This document shows, piece by piece, positions 40,801 through 49,202 of a stretch of 64,000 nucleotides of DNA. Position 1 is the first letter of the stretch; every line of letters begins with the position of its first letter. Source of the stretch: Bacteroidia bacterium (GTDB taxonomy: Bacteria; Bacteroidota; Bacteroidia; Flavobacteriales_D; JAUILH01); NCBI GenBank assembly GCA_030433115.1, contig JAUILH010000003.1, positions 1,746-65,745 on the forward strand, given 5' to 3'. The translations under genes were made by a program, and so were the position numbers. Under the pieces are notes generated by a model. That model did no database searches and was not told the origin of the DNA. It saw only the letters and a program-made list of their open reading frames with translations.

Positions 40801-41506
40801 GAGTGGCGTTTACGATCTGGTTGATACCGTACACTATAATTCCTTGAGTCAGTACACAGATTTAAGCGCAGATCCATTGGTGAGAAGCTGGCGGTATAAA
40901 ATTAGTGCCGTTGACCAATGCGGTAACGAAAGTGTTTTAAGTACTTTTCACAAAACCATTCACCTAACCAGTAATTATGGCATCAACAACGATATCAATC
41001 TCAACTGGGACGATTACCTTGGCTTTCCATATAGCACTTATTATATTTGGAGATGGTCAGATGTAGATGGCTGGAATCAGTTGGGATCTGTACCAAGCAA
41101 CCTCAACTCGTACACAGATGTGAACCCACCCTTTTCTGCCATGTCAATCAACTACATGATTGAAGCAGTTCCCGATCAACCTTGCGTATCTACCAGGGCC
41201 AATCACAACACAACACGTTCTAACAGAACCCAACCAGTGGCAGGACCTGGTGCCAATTCAATCCATCCATACAATCAATTGAATGTCTCAATTTATCCAA
41301 ATCCGGCCACCAATGGTTTCTTCATTGATAGTTTTGAAAACAGCATTTTGCAATTCAAACTCTACACTCAGGATGGAAAAATTGTGCAGTCTGGTAAAAC
41401 TTCAGGAAAAGCATTTATTCCAACCAGTTCTTTGGCAAAGGGCATGTATTCTTTGTCAATTTCAAACGATCAACACCAAACACACCAAAAAATAATCATA
41501 CAATAA
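37814..41506 (+). CDS. T9SS type A cargo: SBBP-like propeller + SprB-like repeats + shared FN3-like module
   Basis: Propeller repeats (DVAVDGSGNIYVTGTF, FLAKY...W); SprB-like GGALPY.Y.W...GL.GG.Y...VTD.NGC; CVSTRANHNTTRSNRTQP; IYPNP CTD. Confidence 0.9.
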   Translation: MESLSKLLLALLSFALISHNSTAQNLNWAGSVGQVAQDSATAVAHTSNGGFVIVGRGTQDDFGPDYDPFGGSGAYGGPQYDWHFIAKYDNQGQLQNIKIPDYGFGAFQNNNGGNNALSSTQDEFTDVAVDGSGNIYVTGTFNQDLEFDVANGPASPHELYPVNYNGDLLVLKLDPALNPTFSFNAGADAKCVGHAIDANLAGDFFVGGQYSNNTSQFDLDKFTAGNQTPTNNSGFMEGAFLAAYDNTNNLTWSIGFGGSHMDDAIYDVATDNLGNVICVGQLTTANSDFNPLGSAVTLSPVGSQDLFIASYNSVGQLNWVKLLGDSGSDAAYSVTIDDNNNCYVSGEFSGTFSFDGTPVNAIGQDGFLAKYSGTGNLVWLKTISGAASERLLSVDENNGQLICSGDFTSDLIDDLGTFNSTGGTDGYLAQIDTAGNLISSKHASAAGNNSVVGSVFTGTNDIISIGSLDQVSSVTLDQSQPGNALSPAHSNLEWYFANFCTTPEVNLSSLPALCEGDAPMTLDGNGSPSGGSYSGIGIINGAFYPLLVGAGSYDMVYEYQYGACVNSDTQTIVVNPNPIVQLAGISDFCENDNSHALVEGIPVGGSYSGTGVNSGNFDPQQAGSGIHTINYTYTDANGCTDDASQPVLVNDAPDINVSTTDADCANPNGTASASASGGALPYLYYWSTGNFGQNISGLSGGFYQITVTDGNGCSNFEVANVSDINGPQITINSVTDVTCFGDEDGAIDVAVSGGTGNLHLSWSNGDTTALITDLAAGPYDLLVEDDAGCSATISVLVNSPDDITITPNIVNAGCGQQDGSISIVAAGGNNTFTYDWPASGNTTDTESSIGLGVYTVIVSDGNSCSNSFDIALNETGGPIISIDNITNTPCGSITGAVDITPSGAGPFTFNWQDNNSSTVSLAEDLTGVASGNYVITVTDTNNCSSTEPVVVGVSFQDNIELCLITVDTTSGKNLLVWEKPTTSSIDFFNIYREGSMSGVYDLVDTVHYNSLSQYTDLSADPLVRSWRYKISAVDQCGNESVLSTFHKTIHLTSNYGINNDINLNWDDYLGFPYSTYYIWRWSDVDGWNQLGSVPSNLNSYTDVNPPFSAMSINYMIEAVPDQPCVSTRANHNTTRSNRTQPVAGPGANSIHPYNQLNVSIYPNPATNGFFIDSFENSILQFKLYTQDGKIVQSGKTSGKAFIPTSSLAKGMYSLSISNDQHQTHQKIIIQ

Positions 41507-41510
41507 AGCC

Positions 41511-44500
41511 ATGAAAAAATTTGTATTACTCGGACTTCTATGTGCCACAGGGGCTTATTCAAACGCACAAAATCTAAATTGGGCGTTCAACGTAGGTGGA
41601 ACAACCTTCGACTCCGTCAATGTAGTTAAGGAGCACAACGGACACCTGTTTTGTGCAGGTAGTTATTCTGGTAATAGTAATAACGTAGAATTTGATCCTA
41701 TTGGACCAGGACAAGGTGCTTTTAACAATACCACCAGTGGGTTTTTAACGAACTATAATCCCAATGGAACATTAAACTGGGTATTGCCCGTTTATTCTCC
41801 AAATGGAAGCGAATCTAGTGACATTGTTGTTGAGAACGGGACTGTTTTGTACGCCGGAACATTCAACGGAGGCAACATTGGTCTGGATTATCTTGGAGGG
41901 AGTGGATTTCACTCAGTAAACCCAATAGAAAATGGTTTTGTTGGACAGTTTGACGAGAATACGGGCAGTGTTATTTGGTCAACGGCTATAGGCGTCACAG
42001 GAGGCGCCAGCGCCAACGGTGTATCGTATGACCAAAATGGAGATGTATTTGTCGGCGGATATTGTGGAGATCAGGGGCAAGGTATAGATATGGATGCTGT
42101 AGCAACCGGATCTCAATTTCCTACAGGTTTGATCGGTCCTTTCTCTATCCAAGGATACGTAGCAAAATATGACGTGGGAACCGGAGCAGGTGAATTCCAA
42201 TGGGGAATCGCGCTTGGTGGAGATGGATCAGAAGTAATTGATGTGGTTGCTGATGGCGCTGGTGATGTTTACGTGCTTGGGAAAGCCAGTCCGACTAACA
42301 GCGGGAATATTGACCCAGCTGGATTTGGTTTTAATGTTGGAGGTTCAGGGAATGAAAACATGTTTCTGGCCAAATACAATGGCGGATCTGGTACCATGAT
42401 CTGGGGAACAGAATTGGGAGGTACAAGTGATGAGTTTGGTGTGGCAATTGGACTCTACGGACCCTTCGTATACATAGTAGGAACGACTAATTCAACGTCA
42501 TGGAATGCAAATCCATTAGGTACGGCAATTAATGTGTCAAGCAATGGTGGTGTAGATGGCTTCTTTGCAAGTTATTCAGGCTCAACAGGAGATGGTACTT
42601 ATGCAAGAACTTTTGGAGGCACAGGAGATGATGTAATTCATGGCGCAAGCAACGACGATAGTAAGTTGGCCATTACAGGATCTTTCGACGGCACCATAGA
42701 CTTGGATCCTGCTTCAAGTAGTCCTGTCTTTAACTCAAATGGAGGAACCGATTGTTTCGTTGGTCAATACGAATTAACCAGTGGAAATTATACCAATGGA
42801 TTTACCATTGGAGGAACAGCCAATGAATTTGGAACAGGTGCCCACCATAGCAACTCTGATAATGTGTTCGTGGTAGGAACTTCTCACGGTACAATAGATA
42901 TTGATGGCGATGGTAATGATGAAGTTCAAACGAATGGCATAGCTGATGTTTTCATTAGTTCATTCTGCATTGCTCCTGCTGTTACTCATCCAGCTCCTTC
43001 CGCACTTTGTGAGGGCGATCAGGCAATTACCCTTTCAGGTGGATCACCATCAGGCGGAAACTACTCAGGAATTGGAGTTATCGGCGGGAATTTTTATCCC
43101 TTGTTAACCGGTCCGGGAAGCTACAACCTCAACTATGAATACACCGCTCCCAATGGATGTACAGTGAACGTGCCATTCAACATGGTGGTAAATCCTGAAC
43201 CTTCCATTGTATTTGGAAATTTGGATGTGGCATGTATCAATGAGGATCCCATTCAATTAAATCAAGCATTACCAACTGGCGGAAATTATACGGGACAAGG
43301 TATCACCAATGGTGTACTCGATCCAGTAGACGCAGGAATTGGTTTACATCTGGTGACTTATAGCTACACCGATGGAAATGGCTGTGCTGCGGAAGCTTAT
43401 CAAACTCAGGAGGTTGCTGAAATTCCAAGTATCACCGTGTCAACTACAGATTCGGATTGTGGACAGGATAATGGACAGGCCATTGCTTCAAGCACAGGAG
43501 GTGAAGCGCCATACAATTATTATTGGAGCTCTGGTGCAAATGCCTCAGTGGCAGACAATCTTGCCGGCGGACTATACGTGATCAATGTGACTGATGGTAA
43601 CAACTGTTCAAATTTTGAAGTAGTAACCATTTCAGACTTAAATGGACCAAGTATCGCTGTTGACAACATTACAGACGTAACTTGTTATGGCGATGATAAT
43701 GGAGACATCAGCACAACCATTTCTGGAGGAAGCGGGAACTTGTCTATTCTATGGAGCAATGGTGAAACTACAGACGATATCACTCAACTAAGTGCAGGAA
43801 ACTATGAAATTTCGGTAACTGACACAGCCGGATGTGAAGCAACTATGAGCATCACAGTAGATCAACCACAACCATTAAGCATTGATACCACTATCACCTT
43901 GGCAAATTGTGCTACAAACGACGGCAGCATCACAGTAACCGGTCAGGGTGGAAATGGCTCGTATAGTTACGAATGGTTAACTACAGGCAGCAGTGGTCCA
44001 ACCGATTCTAACCTTGCTGTTGGTCTTTACGAATTGGAGTTAACAGACGGACAAGGCTGTGTGGATACTTTCTACCTTACTATGAACGAAAGTGGAGGTC
44101 CGGTCATTACAATAGATCAAATTGATCCGGCAAGTTGTGGCAATCTGGACGGAAACATTCTAACCAGCATTACCGGAAACGGCACCATAGGCTACACCTG
44201 GTTAGATGAATCTGGAAGCACGGTGGGTACTTTAGAAGATTTGAATGGTGTGGATGTCGGGGAATACACAATCATTGCCACTGATCAGGCTGGATGTTCA
44301 TCTTCCAGTTTTGCAGAAGTAATGCCGTTTCTTCCGGAAAATGTTGAAATCTGCTTAGTAACTGTGGATACATTAACTGGCACAAACCTGGTAGTTTGGG
44401 AAAAGCCTGTAAGCACCGGCATAGATCATTTCAGAATCTATAAAGAAGGGTCCGTAAGCGGATTGTATGAATTAATTGATACCATTCACTACAATTCATT

Positions 44501-45173
44501 GAGCCAGTATACTGATCCTGTTTCAAATCCTCAGATCAGAAGTTGGAGATACAAAATTGCTGCTGTGGATGCTTGTGGGAATGAAGGCGACATCAGCCCA
44601 AGACATAAAACCATTCACCTAACAAGTTCATATGGCATCAGCAACGAAATTAACCTAAGCTGGGATCATTATCAGGGATTCTTGTACAGTACTTACAATG
44701 TGTGGAGATGGAGCGACATAGATGGGTGGCAACAATTGACCTCAATTCCAGGCAACTTGAGCAGCTACTCTGATTTAAATCCACCGGTTGGTGCTTCAGC
44801 CATTCGATACATGGTGGAAGCCACACCAAACGTGCCCTGTGTCTCAACAAGAGCCAATCACAATACAACCAGATCTAACAGAACGCAACCTATCGCCGGA
44901 CCTTCAGGTAACCCTGATGGTATAGCAGAAGGTGTTTTGAGATTTAGAGCCTACCCTAACCCAACTTCAGACTACATGAAGTTGGAGTTTAGCGAATCAT
45001 TGAGCGGCACCTTAGTGCTCCTAGATTTAACCGGTAAAACGCTAGAAATCATACCAATCAATTCGGCCCAATCGGCTGAAATCAACTTACAGGGGTACGC
45101 CTCCGGAATCTACCAGTTGGTATTGAGATCAGGAGAAAGAGTTCACACACTAAAGGTACATAAGACGAACTAA
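41511..45173 (+). CDS. T9SS type A cargo, paralogue of the preceding gene
   Basis: Same architecture (AQNLNWA start, propeller, SprB-like stalk, EICLVTVD module, CVSTRANHNTTRSNRTQP, AYPNP CTD). Confidence 0.9.
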   Translation: MKKFVLLGLLCATGAYSNAQNLNWAFNVGGTTFDSVNVVKEHNGHLFCAGSYSGNSNNVEFDPIGPGQGAFNNTTSGFLTNYNPNGTLNWVLPVYSPNGSESSDIVVENGTVLYAGTFNGGNIGLDYLGGSGFHSVNPIENGFVGQFDENTGSVIWSTAIGVTGGASANGVSYDQNGDVFVGGYCGDQGQGIDMDAVATGSQFPTGLIGPFSIQGYVAKYDVGTGAGEFQWGIALGGDGSEVIDVVADGAGDVYVLGKASPTNSGNIDPAGFGFNVGGSGNENMFLAKYNGGSGTMIWGTELGGTSDEFGVAIGLYGPFVYIVGTTNSTSWNANPLGTAINVSSNGGVDGFFASYSGSTGDGTYARTFGGTGDDVIHGASNDDSKLAITGSFDGTIDLDPASSSPVFNSNGGTDCFVGQYELTSGNYTNGFTIGGTANEFGTGAHHSNSDNVFVVGTSHGTIDIDGDGNDEVQTNGIADVFISSFCIAPAVTHPAPSALCEGDQAITLSGGSPSGGNYSGIGVIGGNFYPLLTGPGSYNLNYEYTAPNGCTVNVPFNMVVNPEPSIVFGNLDVACINEDPIQLNQALPTGGNYTGQGITNGVLDPVDAGIGLHLVTYSYTDGNGCAAEAYQTQEVAEIPSITVSTTDSDCGQDNGQAIASSTGGEAPYNYYWSSGANASVADNLAGGLYVINVTDGNNCSNFEVVTISDLNGPSIAVDNITDVTCYGDDNGDISTTISGGSGNLSILWSNGETTDDITQLSAGNYEISVTDTAGCEATMSITVDQPQPLSIDTTITLANCATNDGSITVTGQGGNGSYSYEWLTTGSSGPTDSNLAVGLYELELTDGQGCVDTFYLTMNESGGPVITIDQIDPASCGNLDGNILTSITGNGTIGYTWLDESGSTVGTLEDLNGVDVGEYTIIATDQAGCSSSSFAEVMPFLPENVEICLVTVDTLTGTNLVVWEKPVSTGIDHFRIYKEGSVSGLYELIDTIHYNSLSQYTDPVSNPQIRSWRYKIAAVDACGNEGDISPRHKTIHLTSSYGISNEINLSWDHYQGFLYSTYNVWRWSDIDGWQQLTSIPGNLSSYSDLNPPVGASAIRYMVEATPNVPCVSTRANHNTTRSNRTQPIAGPSGNPDGIAEGVLRFRAYPNPTSDYMKLEFSESLSGTLVLLDLTGKTLEIIPINSAQSAEINLQGYASGIYQLVLRSGERVHTLKVHKTN

Positions 45174-45223
45174 GCCACTCTTAACGTGAATTCTGGGTCA
45201 TTTTTGTTTATTTTTGGACCGCT

Positions 45224-48200
45224 ATGACCCTCAGGTCCGTTGTCATATCATGCCTTTTGGTATTGGTGTCCTTAATGGGGACTTCCCAAATGCGGAAGTT
45301 TTCGGCCAATGGGTATTTGATATTTAAGAACTACCCACCCAATGTGATCAAAGGAAATGCACAGGTCTTTTCCGTCAAACAAGATCACAACGGAATCATC
45401 TATGTTGCCAACAAACAAGGAATTCTTGTTTACGACGGAACAGAATGGCATACGGTTAAAGCTGACAACAATAAAGAAATTAACTGTTTGGAAGTCAGTG
45501 AAGATGGAACTGTTTACGTGGGTGGTATCAATGCATTTGGGAAACTGGTAACAACCAAACTAGGACAAACAGTTTACCAATCACTTTTATCGAATATTAA
45601 CACCAAAGGAGATCACGCCTTTTATGGTCGAATATTGGCTCATAAGGACCAGCTTTACGTCCAAAATGAGCACAATATTTTTGTGTTAGAAGGTGACAGC
45701 CTACAGTTCCAGATTAAATCGAAAGCTGAGATAGACGGTTTTTTCATGCATCAGAATAATCTGTACGCCAATCTTGAAGACATTGGTTTGCACATAGTGA
45801 AGGATCAGGAATTCAAACCCGTTCAGAATGGCTATGAATTTTCTAATAAGGAAATCATTCAGATTACTGATTTTGCAGGAAAAACAATCGTTGTTACCAA
45901 GCAAAATGGGATTTTTGAAATTGATGAAGAAAAAAATGTGCTTCCCCTTGGAGCTATGAAAAACTATAGCTTCCGGTCGTGTTTAAACATTGAGGACCAT
46001 TTGCTGTCTTTGGGGACAAACTCTCACGGACTGATCGTTCTTGACACTGATTTCAACATTGTTTATGAGATTGGCAGTGAAAAAGGCTTGATTGACGCCT
46101 CTGTGCGGTCACAATTTCTTGATCGTGAAAAAAACTTGTGGTTGGCAACCAATATTGGACTTTCCAAACTAGAGATCATCACACCATTTATCACCTTCGA
46201 TAAAAACTCGGGCATAAAAACCACCATTGAAGCGATTGAAAAATTTGACGATAAAATTTACATAGCCACGCTAGATGGGGTATACTACTTTGATAAAGAT
46301 GGGGACATTACGCGAATAGACGACATCAATTTTGATTGCTACAACCTGCGCACGCTGCCATTTGGAGGAGATACCCTTTTATTCATTTCAGGGGTAAATG
46401 CCTTGTACGCTTACAACAAAAATGGCAATATAAAAGAAGTGTCTCTTGGTGGTCCGTATGACGTTAGAATTAACCCATTAGATTCTAATGAACTCATCAT
46501 TTTGCATTATGACGGTTTAACCAACGTTAGAATAAACAGCACCGGTGAGTGGATCTCGGATCATTATTTCAGAGAATTCTCGAATGGAGAGGTCTATAAC
46601 TTTATGGTGGAAGATGACGGTACCATCTACATTGGTACGCAACCTCAGGATGGTATTTACAAGACGCATGTCAATCTTTTTAAAGATACCACTATTGGAT
46701 TTGAACATATTTTTAAAAAGAATGGCCTCAATATAGGCGCTACTTATGTATTTAAGCACGAAGGGCGGCTATATGTTGGGGGAGACAGTGGGTTGTACGT
46801 AAGAAATAAGGACGCTTACTTTGAACCGACGGATCACTTTGGCATCAATTTTAAAAACAGTGATCAAAGTGTACACAGAATCAATGTTGACAGGGAAGGC
46901 AATGTTTGGATGATCTTATTTGACCCTGCCAACAATTTCACCTATGGATACGCCAAAAAAGTAGATGGACAATACGTTTGGAATAGCAAAACTTTCATGC
47001 GCTACACCAAATCGATTATTCATGCTGTATACCATGATGTAGACGGGGTTACATGGATGGGTGGTCCGAAAGGATTGATCAAATATGATTCTAAGTTGTT
47101 GAGGGATGAGTTTGTACCATATCCCACGCTTATAAGAGAAGTTAAATTTGGTGAAAAGGTCCTTTTCCATGGAACGCCAGTTGAAAATTTTAAAACACCA
47201 GAATTAGAGTACTCATCTACCAAATCTGTCAGCTTTAAATTCTCAGCCCTTAGCTTTTTCGATGAAACAGCCACAGAATACAGCTACAAACTAGTTGGCT
47301 ATGACGACAGTTGGTCGGCTTACAGCAATAAAACCTATAAAGAATACAACCTTCAGCCAGGCACTTATGAATTCAAGGTTAAAGCCAGAAATATTTACGG
47401 ACAAGAATCAGAAGTGGCCTCCTTTAAGTTTGTGATACTTCCCCCCTGGTATAGAACTACCTGGGCATACATCTGTTATGTAGTTGGATTCATTGCTCTG
47501 ATTTACCTCTCTATTCGATTTAGTGTAAGAAGGGTAAAAAAGCAAAATCAACGACTGGAAGCGACGGTAAAGGAAAGAACTGCAGAGATTGTCGCACAAA
47601 AAGAAATTGTTGAGAGACAAAAAGAACTGGTAGAGGAAAAGAATCAGGATATCATGGACAGTATTCGCTATGCGAAACACATTCAGGATGCCATATTACC
47701 AAGTGATGAATTTGTAAAAGACTGCTTCTCTGATGCCTTCATTTTATTTAAGCCAAAAGACATTGTCTCCGGTGACTTTTATTGGGTTAAACGCAAAGGA
47801 AATAAGATTCTCTTTGCTGCAGTGGATTGTACGGGTCATGGTGTACCGGGAGCATTTGTAAGTATTGTTGGAAACAACGGTTTGAACAGAGCGGTTAACG
47901 AATTTAACCTGATTACACCTGGAGAAATACTGGATAAACTCACCGTTCTGGTGGAAGAAGCTTTTAAGCAACAAGGTACAGAAGGGTCTGATGATGTCAA
48001 AGATGGGATGGATATTGCACTTGGGGTGTTGGATTTAGACACCAATGTGCTGGAATATGCCGGAGCCAATAACCCACTGTATATTCTCCGTGGCACTGAA
48101 TTAATGGAGACTAAGGCAGACAAACAACCAATTGGGTCTTTTGAAAATAGAAAGCCGTTTACTACACACCGATTCGATATGCAAGCAAAGGATAGAATCA

Positions 48201-48403
48201 TCCTGTTTTCAGATGGGTACGCAGATCAATTTGGTGGTCCAAAAGGTAAAAAATTCAAGTACAAAACATTTAAAAACCTGTTACTTGAGCACAAGAACAC
48301 ATCTTTCTCAGAATTCAAGACAATTCTTGACGATCATTTCGAAGAATGGCGTGGTGATCTGGAACAGATTGATGATGTTTGTGTAATGGGTGTTGAAATA
48401 TAA
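45224..48403 (+). CDS. Membrane sensor Ser/Thr phosphatase: periplasmic regulator propellers + Y_Y_Y + TM + SpoIIE/PP2C domain
   Basis: YSYKLVGYDDSWS...YNLQPGTYEFKVKA, ILPPWYRT + TM, KPKDIVSGDFYW, DCTGHGVPGA, DGMD, FSDGYADQFGG, QIDD. Confidence 0.93.
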   Translation: MTLRSVVISCLLVLVSLMGTSQMRKFSANGYLIFKNYPPNVIKGNAQVFSVKQDHNGIIYVANKQGILVYDGTEWHTVKADNNKEINCLEVSEDGTVYVGGINAFGKLVTTKLGQTVYQSLLSNINTKGDHAFYGRILAHKDQLYVQNEHNIFVLEGDSLQFQIKSKAEIDGFFMHQNNLYANLEDIGLHIVKDQEFKPVQNGYEFSNKEIIQITDFAGKTIVVTKQNGIFEIDEEKNVLPLGAMKNYSFRSCLNIEDHLLSLGTNSHGLIVLDTDFNIVYEIGSEKGLIDASVRSQFLDREKNLWLATNIGLSKLEIITPFITFDKNSGIKTTIEAIEKFDDKIYIATLDGVYYFDKDGDITRIDDINFDCYNLRTLPFGGDTLLFISGVNALYAYNKNGNIKEVSLGGPYDVRINPLDSNELIILHYDGLTNVRINSTGEWISDHYFREFSNGEVYNFMVEDDGTIYIGTQPQDGIYKTHVNLFKDTTIGFEHIFKKNGLNIGATYVFKHEGRLYVGGDSGLYVRNKDAYFEPTDHFGINFKNSDQSVHRINVDREGNVWMILFDPANNFTYGYAKKVDGQYVWNSKTFMRYTKSIIHAVYHDVDGVTWMGGPKGLIKYDSKLLRDEFVPYPTLIREVKFGEKVLFHGTPVENFKTPELEYSSTKSVSFKFSALSFFDETATEYSYKLVGYDDSWSAYSNKTYKEYNLQPGTYEFKVKARNIYGQESEVASFKFVILPPWYRTTWAYICYVVGFIALIYLSIRFSVRRVKKQNQRLEATVKERTAEIVAQKEIVERQKELVEEKNQDIMDSIRYAKHIQDAILPSDEFVKDCFSDAFILFKPKDIVSGDFYWVKRKGNKILFAAVDCTGHGVPGAFVSIVGNNGLNRAVNEFNLITPGEILDKLTVLVEEAFKQQGTEGSDDVKDGMDIALGVLDLDTNVLEYAGANNPLYILRGTELMETKADKQPIGSFENRKPFTTHRFDMQAKDRIILFSDGYADQFGGPKGKKFKYKTFKNLLLEHKNTSFSEFKTILDDHFEEWRGDLEQIDDVCVMGVEI

Positions 48404-48480
48404 CCAATTCCTCAAACATATCGTGTTCGTCGCAGGCTCCTCGAGAGGATGATGTTTGTGTAATGGGTGTTGAAATATAA
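48371..48480. repeat. Perfect 33-bp direct repeat separated by 44 bp
   Basis: GATGATGTTTGTGTAATGGGTGTTGAAATATAA at 48371-48403 and 48448-48480. Confidence 0.95.
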
Positions 48481-48481
48481 A

Positions 48482-49201
48482 TTATTTCACCGCAGCCAAT
48501 CTGGGGGCTCCATATACCACACTCGCGCGTATCTTAGGTATCCTGTTTTCTTTCACCGTCTTATCATAATACATGACCCTTACAGACATCACACGGTGGT
48601 ATTTGGATTGCATTTCTTTCCGATTCGATTTGAATAAGTCATCAAAGATTATTTGAGCCAAAGACTCATACGTATAATGCTCTACGGATTCAGCTTCAAA
48701 GGATTCATCATTCACTTGAGAACGCCTTCCGTATACCAAACCTCCGGTTTCTTCATAGAAAAAATAGGGTTTGCCACCTTTGTAGTTCATCGCGAAAACC
48801 TGCGTCATACTCGTTTTAAAAATACCATAAGGGAGTCTCCGGTATTTCAAGGTTCTTTTGAGTTCTCTGGTAAATTTAATTCGACTTTTGACCGGTTTTT
48901 CAAAGCTCGAATTCGAGTTAACTAAGCTATTGAAATACGCCATCTTATCCACTGTTGTGTCAAACTCTAACGGTTTAAGATGGCGCCTTTTTCGATATGA
49001 ATTGATCTTCTCGAAAACCAGATTATTCAGTAAATCAAAGTCAATGTTGTCCGGGTCAACTTCTTGTGTCTCACCGGAATTTCCGACATGCCGATATTCC
49101 GACAGATTGATTTCACTGGAATCCAGAAACTGATATAATTTTGGTCGTTGAGCCTGAACTGACCCAACGACCAAAAGAAATATGACTAATAAGCGCTTCA
49201 T
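48482..49201 (-). CDS. Exported CAP/SCP-like domain protein (divergent)
   Basis: Signal peptide; LVFEKINSYRKRRHLKPLEFD resembles the first CAP helix. Confidence 0.6.
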   Translation of the reverse strand: MKRLLVIFLLVVGSVQAQRPKLYQFLDSSEINLSEYRHVGNSGETQEVDPDNIDFDLLNNLVFEKINSYRKRRHLKPLEFDTTVDKMAYFNSLVNSNSSFEKPVKSRIKFTRELKRTLKYRRLPYGIFKTSMTQVFAMNYKGGKPYFFYEETGGLVYGRRSQVNDESFEAESVEHYTYESLAQIIFDDLFKSNRKEMQSKYHRVMSVRVMYYDKTVKENRIPKIRASVVYGAPRLAAVK

Positions 49202-49202
49202 C

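Noticed and set aside
36846-45173. RiPP cluster with STRANHNTTRSN as core peptide
   Set aside because: No radical SAM, YcaO, lanthipeptide or other modifying enzyme, peptidase or transporter is adjacent. Modification in trans remains possible but is unsupported by this window.
48371-48480. Mini CRISPR array (33-bp repeat, 44-bp spacer, repeat ending near ...TTGAAA)
   Set aside because: Only two copies, the first is the coding end of a conserved PP2C domain, the repeat is not palindromic, and there are no cas genes in the window.
48371-48480. Diversity-generating retroelement VR/TR pair
   Set aside because: The copies are identical (no adenine-specific differences), too short, and there is no reverse transcriptase nearby.
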